Virus record (IMG/VR): IMGVR_UViG_2758568729_000001
Span: 86,427 to 150,426 of that record
From: a virus
Taxonomy: Duplodnaviria > Caudoviricetes
Strand: one strand, 5' to 3'
Length of the DNA: 64,000 nucleotides
A program made the position numbers and the translations under genes. Positions 54,145 through 63,553 of this stretch are shown piece after piece; positions within the stretch are counted from its first letter, which is position 1; each line of letters starts with the position of its first letter. The notes beneath the pieces were generated by a model that saw only the letters and a list, made by a program, of their open reading frames with translations, did not search any database and was not told the DNA's origin.

Positions 54145-55148
54145 GAGGTGAACTCCTTTGCAACGAGCAGGCGGCGCGTCGGCTCGACCTGCCGCTTGAT
54201 CAGGTATTTGGCGTAGATGGCGGGGTTCTCCTCGGCAAACAGGGCCTCGTTGAACTCCTCCACCTCCCCGCCCTTTGACTTTGAAAAGGTGGCGATCTTC
54301 CGTTCGCCGACGAACCCGTAGTTCGGTGAACCGGCGGCCAGGAACGCGGCCCGCAAGTGGTTGCCCGCTTCCTGCTTGCGTGCTTGCGCGGCCTGCTCGT
54401 CCCGGTGGGCGTTGCCGTAGATCTGCGCCCACCCGACGACGTTCGGGTCCAACTCGCCCTTGGACTTCGGCACCGGGTTGTGCTGCGCCGCGAGCGCGTC
54501 AGCCGTCGACTCCAAGCCGTCCGGCTCCGGAACCACCCCGGCGAGCACGTGCCGCTGCCAGAACGCGTCGCAGTGCGCCCGGAGCTTCGCGGCCAACACC
54601 TCGTCGTACTCGATGAGGTATTCCCGGTAGTCCCGACCGTCGAGGAGCACAGCGAGGTAGCCGGTCCGGAGCCCGTACACGTCGAGGTACCAGGTGATTT
54701 GGCAGACGTACGGCAACGGAACTTCGTCGGTCAGCTCGTCGCCCCACTCATCGGTGTTCGCCCGCCCGGTCTTCACCTCAACCAGCGCCAGGGGATCCCC
54801 ACCGGGGCACTCGGCGGCCAGCCCGTCGATCGTGGCGAGCTGCCACGGCCGTTCCGGGTGGCGAACCAGGCCGGGGCCCTCGGCGACGTGGAACTCCGGG
54901 TGCTCGTCGGCGAACTTCTGCCGCACCGCCGATTCCAGGCGGCGGCCCCACTCCATGGCGGCGTTGTCCTCGTCGGGGAGCAGGTTGTGCTTGCTGTAGT
55001 AGACCTTGACCGGCCCGTCGTACTTCGAGACGCCGAGGATCGCGGCGACGTCGGAGCCGCCGATGCCGTGGCGGCGAGCAGCCAACCACTGGTCGATCGG
55101 GGCGTCGGCGGGGAGCACCGGGACGGGCCGGGCGAGGGTCTGCGTCAC
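54141..55148 (-). CDS. YqaJ/RecE-like exonuclease
   Basis: WLAARRHGIGGSD...G.RLE...LATIDG...EVKT...Y..Q..WY. Confidence 0.93.
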   Translation of the reverse strand: MTQTLARPVPVLPADAPIDQWLAARRHGIGGSDVAAILGVSKYDGPVKVYYSKHNLLPDEDNAAMEWGRRLESAVRQKFADEHPEFHVAEGPGLVRHPERPWQLATIDGLAAECPGGDPLALVEVKTGRANTDEWGDELTDEVPLPYVCQITWYLDVYGLRTGYLAVLLDGRDYREYLIEYDEVLAAKLRAHCDAFWQRHVLAGVVPEPDGLESTADALAAQHNPVPKSKGELDPNVVGWAQIYGNAHRDEQAAQARKQEAGNHLRAAFLAAGSPNYGFVGERKIATFSKSKGGEVEEFNEALFAEENPAIYAKYLIKRQVEPTRRLLVAKEFTS

Positions 55149-55450
55149 TGGTCGTCCCTGAGCTTCAGGAACCGGGCGTACACGCCGACCCGGATGGGGC
55201 TGCCCTGCACGCGGGGCTGCGACCGGCTACACACCTCGAACTCACCGGCCGGGGCAAACGGTCCGGCCCCCTTTTTGATGTACGCGACCAGGCCGCTGGC
55301 CTCGGTCGAGTCGCCCTCGTGGATGCATGCCCACCGGTTCGGGTTGGCGCGCAACTCGGCGGCGATCGGAGCCCACCGGGCTTCCTTGGTCTGAGCGGCC
55401 GAGGGCGGGTCTTCCCAGCGGAGGACCGTGGTGGGTGTGGGGGTGCTCAT
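55145..55450 (-). CDS. Hypothetical protein
   Basis: WEDPP...ELRANP.RWA...VYAR. Confidence 0.7.
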   Translation of the reverse strand: MSTPTPTTVLRWEDPPSAAQTKEARWAPIAAELRANPNRWACIHEGDSTEASGLVAYIKKGAGPFAPAGEFEVCSRSQPRVQGSPIRVGVYARFLKLRDDQ

Positions 55451-55635
55451 TGGTCGTCCAATCGCACGTACTGGGCGTCCTCGTCGAGGAACCGCTTCCG
55501 GCATGCCTCGTTGCCGCAGTCCTCGTACGGGCTGCCTACGGGGTGCACGCCGCCGACACACCAGATGAGGCGCTGGTCGGCTTCGCGGAGCGCGTCGACC
55601 AGGTCCATCACCGGGGCGGCCACGGGCGCGTTCAC
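55447..55635 (-). CDS. Hypothetical protein
   Basis: Coupled GTG start. Confidence 0.55.
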   Translation of the reverse strand: MNAPVAAPVMDLVDALREADQRLIWCVGGVHPVGSPYEDCGNEACRKRFLDEDAQYVRLDDQ

Positions 55636-56021
55636 GCCTGCACCTCGCCGGTCGGCCTGGTCATGTGCAGCAGCACAGCCCACCGGTTCAGCCACTCAAC
55701 GCGGGCGACGGTCCACGTCACGGCCGCGCCCATGTATCCGCAGGTCAGCGGGATTTCGTCGCCGACGGCAGGGATGACCAGTGCGTTGTCCCAGGTCGTG
55801 CGGACGTTGTCGGGAGTCAGGGTGTTGTGCTGGAAGTAGATTCGCGCCGGGTCGGCCTTGTACTTCTTCCAGAAGTTCTCCAACCGGACGTACGTGGTGT
55901 GCCGGGAACCGCGCACCGCCACGGTGTCGAGCCGGTTGGGACCGGTGCAGCTCCTGACGGTGACCTCGGCCCCGCCCTTGATCCGCCGGTACCGGGCCGG
56001 CTCCGGGATCTCGTAGCTCAC
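55632..56021 (-). CDS. Hypothetical protein
   Basis: Coupled GTG start. Confidence 0.6.
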   Translation of the reverse strand: MSYEIPEPARYRRIKGGAEVTVRSCTGPNRLDTVAVRGSRHTTYVRLENFWKKYKADPARIYFQHNTLTPDNVRTTWDNALVIPAVGDEIPLTCGYMGAAVTWTVARVEWLNRWAVLLHMTRPTGEVQA

Positions 56022-56410
56022 GCCGGCCGCCCAGCCGAATCCAGTGCGTGGATCTCCAGTTCGGTGCCGTCGCCGACGTCCCACCCGATCGGGTGCCGGC
56101 CGGCGGCGAAGTAGCCCGCCACGGCGTCACCGAGCGCGTCGTGGTCCTGGAGGTAGCAGCCGGTGGTCTCGGCCATCCACTTGTGGTTGATCTTCTTGTG
56201 GCGCAGGCCGTGCTGAATCGGCTCGTTGTCGCCGTTGTCATAGGCGTTTTCCAGCGCGGCGCGGCCGTCGGTCCCCGGAAGGCACTCCAGCCACTTCCGG
56301 CACTCGTCGGTGACGCCGGGGCACTCCACGGTGTACTCGAAGTAGTCCCGTTCCTGGGGGTCCCGCTCGTCGGGGGTGACCACGAGGAAGTGTGTTCGCG
56401 GTGTGGTCAT
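56018..56410 (-). CDS. Hypothetical protein
   Basis: GGAGGGAG RBS; first gene after an AT-rich gap. Confidence 0.7.
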   Translation of the reverse strand: MTTPRTHFLVVTPDERDPQERDYFEYTVECPGVTDECRKWLECLPGTDGRAALENAYDNGDNEPIQHGLRHKKINHKWMAETTGCYLQDHDALGDAVAGYFAAGRHPIGWDVGDGTELEIHALDSAGRPA

Positions 56411-56438
56411 ACGTGCTCCCTCCGCTCGTCGTTGATTG

Positions 56439-56490
56439 CATCTACCAATTTACAGGAGATAAAGATCAAGAGCCAGATTATCTATCAAGT
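56439..56490 (-). promoter_or_regulatory. AT-rich promoter with two ATCTAYCRA boxes
   Basis: -10 TAAATT at 56447-56452; boxes start at 56440 and 56480, the same layout as 43061-43112. Confidence 0.65.
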
Positions 56491-56512
56491 CTGTTCAAGA
56501 TCTTTCCCCAGG

Positions 56513-56869
56513 TCACGGCAGAGAACGACGCCCCGACCGCCCCGAATACCAAGGCAGCGCCAACCCATCACCCGCAGCACGCGGCACCACGTGCACATGC
56601 AGGTGGAACACACTCTGCGTCGCCTCACGACCCGCGTTCGCGATCAGATTGCTCGGATGCGGGGCGATCTCCGCCGCCCGGCCCATCACCACGGCGGTCA
56701 CCGACGGATCAGTGGTGTGATCCCGAACGTGCACCGTCGGAATCACCAACAGATGCCCGGCGACCACAGGCCCGTGCGGCACGATCGCCAACGCGTCCGG
56801 CCACCGGTGGACAACCGTGGCCGGCTCGGTGCCGGCAACGATCGCGCAGAACACGCACTCGTCAGGCAC
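56513..56869 (-). CDS. HIT-family hydrolase
   Basis: CVFC...GHLLVIP..H...QSVFHLHVHVVPR. Confidence 0.92.
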   Translation of the reverse strand: MPDECVFCAIVAGTEPATVVHRWPDALAIVPHGPVVAGHLLVIPTVHVRDHTTDPSVTAVVMGRAAEIAPHPSNLIANAGREATQSVFHLHVHVVPRAAGDGLALPWYSGRSGRRSLP

Positions 56870-57092
56870 GGCCACCACCTGCCAGCAGCTCCGGCAGGTC
56901 CGCGTGTAGCACATCCGCGAACCCGGCCAACAACGTGACCTTGATGTCGCCCTGGCGGCCCGTCTCGATGTTCGCCACCGACGACCGGCACACCCCAACC
57001 CGAGCGGCGAGCTGCGCCTGCGTCAGGTCACGCCCCTTCCGGAGCCGGCGCACGTTGGCGCCAATCGTCACAAGCAGGTCAGCGTCAGCCAC
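56862..57092 (-). CDS. XRE-family HTH protein
   Basis: IGANVRRLRKGRDLTQAQLAARVGVCRSSVANIETG. Confidence 0.9.
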   Translation of the reverse strand: MADADLLVTIGANVRRLRKGRDLTQAQLAARVGVCRSSVANIETGRQGDIKVTLLAGFADVLHADLPELLAGGGRA

Positions 57093-57411
57093 GGCGGTCC
57101 CTCTGCCTCGGAATGTGGTGGTGGAGACGCGGCAGCACCACCGTCGCGTCAACCTGGTCGGTGATCCGGGGGAGCAGCACCGTCGCCGCCTCGGCCCGCT
57201 GGGCGGGGACCGGCGCGGCCGTGGCCACCCTGCGGCGAAACCACGGGGCGCGGTGCCGTGGCCGGGGCCACCGGCGGGCAACCCGGACCAGCAACCGGAT
57301 TGCGAACCACAGCAGCACCGCCAGGCCAAACCACACACCGGCCCACCCGCCGGCCACCGCCAGGCGGCCCCCGGCCAGCACCTCACCGAGTACGGCGTCC
57401 ACGGCGCTCAC
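57085..57411 (-). CDS. Membrane protein
   Basis: WAGVWFGLAVLLWFAI. Confidence 0.6.
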   Translation of the reverse strand: MSAVDAVLGEVLAGGRLAVAGGWAGVWFGLAVLLWFAIRLLVRVARRWPRPRHRAPWFRRRVATAAPVPAQRAEAATVLLPRITDQVDATVVLPRLHHHIPRQRDRRG

Positions 57412-57695
57412 CGGCGCCCCGCCCGGTCGCGCAGCTCGGTCAGGTCCAGCGTCCGGTTGGGCTCGTCCACCGTCCCGGTCCGGTGCCGCCGCCGGCGGCG
57501 GCTACGGGCACGCGGCGGGGGCGGGATCTCCACCGTCGCCTCCAGGTCGTGTGCCTCAGCCGGGCGGCGGCGGGCAACGAGGACCCCGAGCCCCACCAGC
57601 AACAGCGCCACGACCGTGCACCCGACGAAGAACAGGAACCAGTCCCACGGGGTGGGGAACACCACCACGATCGGCTCCACCGAACCGGTGATCAC
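57408..57695 (-). CDS. Membrane protein
   Basis: WFLFFVGCTVVALLLVGLGVLV. Confidence 0.65.
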   Translation of the reverse strand: MITGSVEPIVVVFPTPWDWFLFFVGCTVVALLLVGLGVLVARRRPAEAHDLEATVEIPPPPRARSRRRRRHRTGTVDEPNRTLDLTELRDRAGRR

Positions 57696-58276
57696 GCCGC
57701 CAGCCCCTCATCGACTCGAACCGCGCGCATCGGACCGGTGTGATCCGGGTCAGCAGCCCACCGAGACAGATCCCGCCGCCACGCGTCGATTTCCTCGTCC
57801 GTCCGCAGCGGCGGCGGCACCGACACGGCCTCCAACACCACCGGCGGCGGACGCATCAGCGACCCGGCCGGGGCCGGCACCGACGCGAACGTCCACACCG
57901 GGTGCTCCACCGGTTGCTCTGCCGGCTGCCGGTGCAGGGCACGCGGAGCCGCCTGCGGGCGCATCGGCAACACCAGCCGGACCAAGTCGGCGAACCGCTC
58001 CCGGAGAGTCAGCCGCCGAGCGTGCCGCGCCACGTCGTTGCCGGACCGGACACGCCACGCGGTCGTCGAGCTTTCCGCCGCCCACTGGTCGGCCAGCTCC
58101 CGGGCCGGCTTCAATACCGGCCCGAACCTGTCGTCGTCCTCCCGGTGAGCCCGCCGATACTCCTTGGCCTGGTCGATGGTGGCCCAGACCGCGAACCCGA
58201 TCACCGCGAACAAGAACGCGAACACCACACCGGTAGCCCAAGCGTCACCCGCCGGTGGCGCCGCGAACGCCCTCAC
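57692..58276 (-). CDS. Membrane-anchored protein
   Basis: GVVFAFLFAVIGFAVW; coupled start. Confidence 0.65.
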   Translation of the reverse strand: MRAFAAPPAGDAWATGVVFAFLFAVIGFAVWATIDQAKEYRRAHREDDDRFGPVLKPARELADQWAAESSTTAWRVRSGNDVARHARRLTLRERFADLVRLVLPMRPQAAPRALHRQPAEQPVEHPVWTFASVPAPAGSLMRPPPVVLEAVSVPPPLRTDEEIDAWRRDLSRWAADPDHTGPMRAVRVDEGLAA

Positions 58277-58428
58277 TTGTTGCCCCCGCGGCGTGACGTG
58301 CGGACCGCGACGACAACCAGCACCAGCACCACGACCAGGACCACGGCCGTGCACACACCGAACCCGGTGGACGCCCACCAATCGGTGCTCTGCTCCCACT
58401 CCACGGTGTTCGGGTCGCCGAGGATCAC
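58273..58428 (-). CDS. Small membrane protein
   Basis: VVLVVVLVLVVVAV. Confidence 0.6.
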   Translation of the reverse strand: MILGDPNTVEWEQSTDWWASTGFGVCTAVVLVVVLVLVVVAVRTSRRGGNK

Positions 58429-58619
58429 AGCGTCATCTCCACCGGGAGCCCGGGGATCTCCGGGTGGCGGCGCGGCACCGAGTTCACCGGCCACGTGTTC
58501 CGTGCCCGCCACGGCTCGATCGGGTTGATCCATTCGGCGGGCGGGTCGTCAAGGTTGACCAGGACCGGCATCACCCGGCGACGGGGTTGCGCCGGCCATT
58601 CACGCGAGTTCAGAGACAC
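58425..58619 (-). CDS. Hypothetical protein
   Basis: Fills the operon gap; GGAGG upstream. Confidence 0.45.
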   Translation of the reverse strand: MSLNSREWPAQPRRRVMPVLVNLDDPPAEWINPIEPWRARNTWPVNSVPRRHPEIPGLPVEMTL

Positions 58620-58923
58620 GGGGGTTCCCTTCCGGGGAGGTGCGGGCGCGCGGGATGTCCACGCGCGCCCGGTAGGGGTCGTTGCAAAAGAGGGGGTGGG
58701 CGGCGTCGTGCCGGTGCTGGGCCTCGTGCACGTTGGCCAACTGCCGCTCGGCACGCCGGAGCTGAAGTTCAAGCGGCGCGGTCGCGGCCTTCACCGCGGC
58801 GGCGACCGTCATGGCGTCGGCGCGCACCACCGACAGCCGCCCGAAGACGAACGCGACTCCGGCGGTGAAGACCAGCACCGGCAGGGTCGCGAGGACCACG
58901 ACCAGGACCACGCGGCCCGTCAC
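58600..58923 (-). CDS. Membrane-anchored protein
   Basis: VVLVVVLATLPVLVFTAGVAFVFG. Confidence 0.6.
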   Translation of the reverse strand: MTGRVVLVVVLATLPVLVFTAGVAFVFGRLSVVRADAMTVAAAVKAATAPLELQLRRAERQLANVHEAQHRHDAAHPLFCNDPYRARVDIPRARTSPEGNPRVSELA

Positions 58924-59159
58924 CGGGCACCTGCTGCGGCCATGGCCCGGCTGCGCGGAGCCGACCGGTTCGGGTGGGTGCCCTTGCCACAAGCGCACGG
59001 CTCGTGCCGGTCAGGCTTGGCGGCCTCCGGCCTGTTCTGGCTGCGGAGGATGTCCAGGGTGTGCAAGGTATCCAAGGTGTGCACCGGCACGACACCGTCG
59101 CACCGGTCGCACAACCCGAGGAGACAGAGGAGGCAGACCCACGCGTCGGTCGGGCACAT
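58920..59159 (-). CDS. Hypothetical Cys-rich protein
   Basis: CLLCLLGLCDRC...CAC...H. Confidence 0.55.
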   Translation of the reverse strand: MCPTDAWVCLLCLLGLCDRCDGVVPVHTLDTLHTLDILRSQNRPEAAKPDRHEPCACGKGTHPNRSAPRSRAMAAAGAR

Positions 59160-59269
59160 CAGCCGAGCACCGCCCACAGCAGGGCCACCAAAGCGGCGAC
59201 GAGCATCACGATGGGCTGCACACACCCGGCGCCCCGGGACTTCTCCGACGGCGTCTCCGGGCGCATCAT
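59159..59269 (-). CDS. 36-aa membrane peptide
   Basis: Not in the ORF track; MMRPETPSEKSRGAGCVQPIVMLVAALVALLWAVLG; coupled at both ends. Confidence 0.55.
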   Translation of the reverse strand: MMRPETPSEKSRGAGCVQPIVMLVAALVALLWAVLG

Positions 59270-59487
59270 CGGAGCACCACCGGGAGGGAGGCGAGGGCGA
59301 CCGCAGCGAGGCAGAGCAGGATGGTCAGGGCGAACCAGACCGGCCCCTTGCCGACCTCATGCCACCACGACGGCTCGGTGGTCCCGTGCGCGTCGGACGG
59401 CGCCTCGGCCGTGATCGGCTCAACCGGAGCCTTCGTGCCGCCGACCGGGGCCCGCAGCGCCCGGAGCTTCGTGTACGCCGGGCTCAT
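59266..59487 (-). CDS. Small membrane protein
   Basis: C-terminal WFALTILLCLAAVALASL. Confidence 0.6.
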   Translation of the reverse strand: MSPAYTKLRALRAPVGGTKAPVEPITAEAPSDAHGTTEPSWWHEVGKGPVWFALTILLCLAAVALASLPVVLR

Positions 59488-61427
59488 GCCGACACCTCGC
59501 CGTGTAGCGCAGCCCGCAACCGCGAACCGATCCACTCGCCAACCTGCGGCGAAACGGCGTTCCCGAACCCGTCCGTTTGGTCCCGAGCGGAACCCCACAC
59601 CGTGAAGCTGCCCTGGTAGCCGGGGAAGTCGACATCGAACCCGCACCCGCGACCGATCTCGTGCGGGCCAAGCATGCGGAAATAGCAGTCCTCCAACGCC
59701 AGGCCAGCAAGCGCGGCCCGCCATGCGGCGGTCACGTTCGAGGGGGACTGGTTCTGCTCGTACCAGCCGGAGAACAACACCGCCTGGCTGGCGGCCGACG
59801 CGACGACCGTTCCGAGCGGATCATTGACCGGGTGGGCGCGGTACTGTGCCTCATCTAGCGCACCGTTGTTCTTGATGGTCCCGGCCGCAGTCAGTAGACC
59901 GGGGACCTGCTCGGACGTCACGGTCGGCATCGGCTCGGCGCCCACGGTCGGCACGGTGTGCTTGCGGAACGGCACGATCCCTGCGGACAGCAGGCCGAGG
60001 GTTTCCGAGCCCGCCTGCGTCGGCAGCGGCTCATCCATACCGCGCGGGATGCCCTGGTAGTTGTTGACCGCGGCGAGCAGCACCGCCTTCTCGTGGGTCG
60101 AGGTCACCGTGTCCATCGGCCGACTGAGGTGCTGGCCGTCCCCGTTGTGCCGGTGGGCGGCGAACACCTGGCCCGTGAGCGCGACCGGCGGCGCGAGTAG
60201 GCCGGTCGTGGCGGTCGCGGTCTGCGTCCACAGCGGCTGGCCCAGGTCGCGGGTCCGGCACTCAGACCCGGGGCGCTCGAACGTGTTCCCGGCGGCGACC
60301 ATAATCGCGCCGGTGGACAGCAGCGCGGTCTCCTGCTGGCTGGTCTGGGTGGACATCGGCTGCCACGGGTGCCGCTCCGCACCACGCACCGCCTTGGCGG
60401 GCATGAGGATCGCGGGAAACTCCGCAAACCGCTGCCGGCAACGCTCGGCACGGGCCAGCGTTGCAGCCGCGAGCGGCCCCGTCGTGCCATCCCTGTGCTT
60501 CTTGACCGGCTTGTCGCCGATGCGAGTGCCGAGGTTGCTGAGATCAAGCGCGTCGAGCGAAGGGCTCATCGGCGGGACGACCTCGCCGCGGCAGCGTGGG
60601 CACCGATAGTTGTACTGCTGGCCGTAGCGCACCAACCCGGTGGGCGGGATGCCGGTCTTCCATGACCACACCGCGGGGACGATCTCGCTGCACCGGCCAC
60701 ACCACGACGCCGGTCGGTGCTCCAGGTCGGGAGCGGGCAGGTTCTTCTTCCAGAACGCGCCGTAGTACCGGTCCCGCGACTGCGACACCCCGAAGAACTG
60801 GGAGTTCAGGTACAGCGCCTGGTGCCGGTAGTCCAGGTTCTCGAACTGCTTGAGCCACCACCGGTACGTCGATCCGTCGCCGATCTTCGGCCGCCCGGGG
60901 ATGGCGGGCCCCCACGATGTCAGCTCGGTCGTGCACTCGACGAGGATCATGCGTGGGTGGTGCTGGGCGGCGTAGTGCAGCACGCAGTTCGCGGTCGCCC
61001 GGTCCCGTTCGCTGCGCGTCACCCGCGCGTCGAAGTCCGGGTCATCCAGGTCGAACAGGCTCATCCGCTGCGCGTACGCCTTCTGCGTGTTCGCGCCTGA
61101 GTGATTGGTACAACTCACGCCGGCCACGAGGATGTCTGCGGCCGGGAGGTCGCGGGCCGAGTGGTAGTCGGACGACTCGCGGTCGACCAGGTCGGCGATC
61201 CAGTGCTCGGCGTGCGGGTGGTTGGCCTCGTGGACCTTGACCTTGTAGGCGTTGTGGTTCGCCGCCATGATCGTCGTGAATCCGGCCGCCTCGATGCCAC
61301 GGGTCAGGCCGCCGAACCCGGAGAACAGGTCGACCGCCACCAGGTCATCGTGGGCAAACCGGCGACGGCGAGCGGCGGGCCGGTGCTCTGCGACGCGCCG
61401 AGTGTCCCGACGCTTCGTGGTGGACAT
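59484..61427 (-). CDS. DNA (cytosine-5)-methyltransferase
   Basis: DLFSGFGG (motif I), GVSC (IV), QSRDR (VIII), FGNAVSP (X). Confidence 0.9.
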   Translation of the reverse strand: MSTTKRRDTRRVAEHRPAARRRRFAHDDLVAVDLFSGFGGLTRGIEAAGFTTIMAANHNAYKVKVHEANHPHAEHWIADLVDRESSDYHSARDLPAADILVAGVSCTNHSGANTQKAYAQRMSLFDLDDPDFDARVTRSERDRATANCVLHYAAQHHPRMILVECTTELTSWGPAIPGRPKIGDGSTYRWWLKQFENLDYRHQALYLNSQFFGVSQSRDRYYGAFWKKNLPAPDLEHRPASWCGRCSEIVPAVWSWKTGIPPTGLVRYGQQYNYRCPRCRGEVVPPMSPSLDALDLSNLGTRIGDKPVKKHRDGTTGPLAAATLARAERCRQRFAEFPAILMPAKAVRGAERHPWQPMSTQTSQQETALLSTGAIMVAAGNTFERPGSECRTRDLGQPLWTQTATATTGLLAPPVALTGQVFAAHRHNGDGQHLSRPMDTVTSTHEKAVLLAAVNNYQGIPRGMDEPLPTQAGSETLGLLSAGIVPFRKHTVPTVGAEPMPTVTSEQVPGLLTAAGTIKNNGALDEAQYRAHPVNDPLGTVVASAASQAVLFSGWYEQNQSPSNVTAAWRAALAGLALEDCYFRMLGPHEIGRGCGFDVDFPGYQGSFTVWGSARDQTDGFGNAVSPQVGEWIGSRLRAALHGEVSA

Positions 61428-61639
61428 CAGGCGGCCTCGCGCAGCAGGGTTGCCTCACGGCCGGCGTACGCCCGCCGGTGCTCGAACGCCTCCGGGCATC
61501 CGGTGATGCCGCACTCCGGGCACGGCACCGACGGGCAGATGATGCAGTCGGCCTGCGCAACGGGGTGGACTCCGCGGTGAACCTGCGGGTCGGCGGCCAG
61601 GTCAACGACCAGGCCGGTGTGCTGTACGGTGTCGGTCAA
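61427..61639 (-). CDS. Hypothetical Cys-rich protein
   Basis: CIIC...CPEC...C; GAGGGAG RBS. Confidence 0.6.
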   Translation of the reverse strand: MTDTVQHTGLVVDLAADPQVHRGVHPVAQADCIICPSVPCPECGITGCPEAFEHRRAYAGREATLLREAA

Positions 61640-61711
61640 TCGGACCAGCTCCCTCGTGGTGGTGGTCTGGAGCCCTCGGCGGGTCAGGACCGCCTGCGGG
61701 CACGGGTAAGG

Positions 61712-61739
61712 GGGCGGGCGCCTGGCAGGGCGCCCGCCC
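61712..61739. terminator. GC-rich hairpin after the ParB-like gene
   Basis: gggcgggcgcc-N6-ggcgcccgccc. Confidence 0.55.
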
Positions 61740-61744
61740 TTTCG

Positions 61745-62677
61745 TCACTTCGGGGTGGGGATGTTCTGCGGGGTCCACCCGCCGGGAGGGGCCTGGAGCT
61801 TGGTGGGCTTCGACCCCTTGCGGAAGTGGTTCCACGCGCTGATCACGTACGGCCAGGCGTCGTCGCCGGGCATGTTCCGTTTGCCGGCCTGCCCGGCCCG
61901 GAGCCGCTGGTAAAGCACCTGTGCCGGGTCGAATTCGGACAAGTTGATGTTCTTGATGAGCTGGTCGACGAAGAACACCTCGGCGTACGCGGTCGCGGTG
62001 CCGCCGTCCAACTGGGAACACAGGTGGTACGCCGCGCCGATCACCGCCGGCACGATCGGGACCTTCCGGTTCATCGCCAGGCTGGCGACGTCCACCGCCC
62101 GACCCAAGGAGGGGTTGGCGTCGATGTACTCGTTGATCTCGGAGTCGGTGATCGCGTTCGCTCCACCGGCCCTGAACAACCCCCGCTGCACCCGCAAGAC
62201 CCGGGTGGCGATCGCGACCAGGGTGTTCGCGTTGGCCTCGTCGCGGCTGTCGGCGATCGACCGTTTCGCACCCCGGTCGATGGTCTTCTTGGCCTTCGGG
62301 ATGATGCCCCGGATGATCGTGTACAGGGCCGGCCGGCCGGTCTGCTTGATCGCCGTCAGCCGGTGTTGCCCGTTGCCCAGCACCTCGTTCGGAAGCAGTT
62401 CGTCGAGGGAGAGGCGGTCCAGCGTCGACCAGGCCGGGGTTCCGTCGTCCTCGGGCATGTAGAAGAAACCGATGCTGGAGTCGTTGAACAGCCAGTGGCC
62501 GGCGTTCATGTCCCGCTCGTACGTTTCGATCCGGCCCGGCTTGAACTTCCGGTTCCAGTCGTTGTGGTCGGCCAACCACTTGTCGGCGTGCGCGGGGGTA
62601 ACGATGAGCAGCCCGACCTTCGGCATGACCAACTGGCCGGGGGCGACGGCTTGGATGTCCGCCTGGGTGAGTGTCAC
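61745..62677 (-). CDS. ParB-N/DGQHR-like domain protein
   Basis: NR.......Y.RDM..G.W....I.F...NGQHRL.A...IDRG..RS..D; AGGAG RBS. Confidence 0.75.
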   Translation of the reverse strand: MTLTQADIQAVAPGQLVMPKVGLLIVTPAHADKWLADHNDWNRKFKPGRIETYERDMNAGHWLFNDSSIGFFYMPEDDGTPAWSTLDRLSLDELLPNEVLGNGQHRLTAIKQTGRPALYTIIRGIIPKAKKTIDRGAKRSIADSRDEANANTLVAIATRVLRVQRGLFRAGGANAITDSEINEYIDANPSLGRAVDVASLAMNRKVPIVPAVIGAAYHLCSQLDGGTATAYAEVFFVDQLIKNINLSEFDPAQVLYQRLRAGQAGKRNMPGDDAWPYVISAWNHFRKGSKPTKLQAPPGGWTPQNIPTPK

Positions 62678-62861
62678 GTAGACTCCTACTCGGATTTCGT
62701 TGCAGGACGGTCGGCCCGGCTGGGCTCGACCGGGGAGTGGGTCACACCGGTGACGGGTGTGGCCCGCTCTGCGTTTCGGGGTGTTCCGGTCGGCTGGGGT
62801 GCCGGCAGTCCCCCTCGGTCTGCCGGCACCCCAACGGGCTCCCCAGGTGCGAAGTCGGTGA

Positions 62862-63071
62862 TCACGCGGCGGCCTGTCGGGGCTCGGCCGGTTCGGCAAT
62901 GGCGGTCGGCGCGTTGAGCGCCCGGACCTCGGCGCCGGGTTCCGCGTTGTAGGTGTCGCTGTCGGCGCCGATGAGGGACCGGAGCCGGTCCATGACGGCG
63001 GTCGACAGCGGCGGGGCGCCGGTGACAGCGGCCTGCACGTACCAGTCCTGGGTGCGCTTGTCAGTGGCCAT
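62862..63071 (-). CDS. Hypothetical protein
   Basis: APPLS....RLRSL; overlaps the Cro-like gene. Confidence 0.65.
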   Translation of the reverse strand: MATDKRTQDWYVQAAVTGAPPLSTAVMDRLRSLIGADSDTYNAEPGAEVRALNAPTAIAEPAEPRQAAA

Positions 63072-63345
63072 TGGGGGCCTCGTCGGTGACGGGTTCGCAG
63101 GTGTCGGCGAGTGGCCAGCCGATCCAGGTGGCGAAGCCCTGGCAGATGAGGCGGCCGGTGGGGCTGCTGGTGCCGGCGAGCATGCGGTAGAAGGTCGAGC
63201 GGGAGAGGCCCATGGCCGTCCAGACCGCTGCGTCGTTGGCGAGCCCGTGTTTGGTCTTGGCGTGTTCGACTGCGGCCCGGGTGAGCCGGTAGCGCCCGGT
63301 GGTGTCGGCGATGACCCCTGGCGCTGCGATCAGGGTGTCAGTCAT
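63061..63345 (-). CDS. Cro-like HTH protein
   Basis: AMGLSRSTFYRMLAG...P; divergent from the repressor; start may instead be 63357. Confidence 0.75.
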   Translation of the reverse strand: MTDTLIAAPGVIADTTGRYRLTRAAVEHAKTKHGLANDAAVWTAMGLSRSTFYRMLAGTSSPTGRLICQGFATWIGWPLADTCEPVTDEAPNGH

Positions 63346-63519
63346 GACACCCATCATGCAGGGTGTCAGTGCTGATACGCAAGCCCCGACACGCCGAGAT
63401 TTGAAAGTGAGGCTTATCTATGTATAGTGACTACGGTCTGTCCTGATTAGCTCGCAGAAGGTGGTATTCATGTACCGTGACACGGGGGTGTCAGGACTGA
63501 CACGTGTCAAAGATGACAC
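63335..63519. promoter_or_regulatory. Operator array GTGTCA-N4-TGACAC (4 sites) with divergent promoters
   Basis: Sites at 63335-63350, 63363-63378 (1 mismatch), 63488-63503 and 63504-63519. Confidence 0.85.
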
Positions 63520-63553
63520 CCCAGGGATGCCCGAATGGCCCTATCCTCACCGC

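Noticed and set aside
179-63375. Many long + strand ORFs (e.g. 14419-16140, 44608-46284, 50884-52956, 56392-58236)
   Set aside because: They are antisense shadows of real minus-strand genes in high-GC DNA, with low-complexity Arg/Pro/Gly translations and no motifs.
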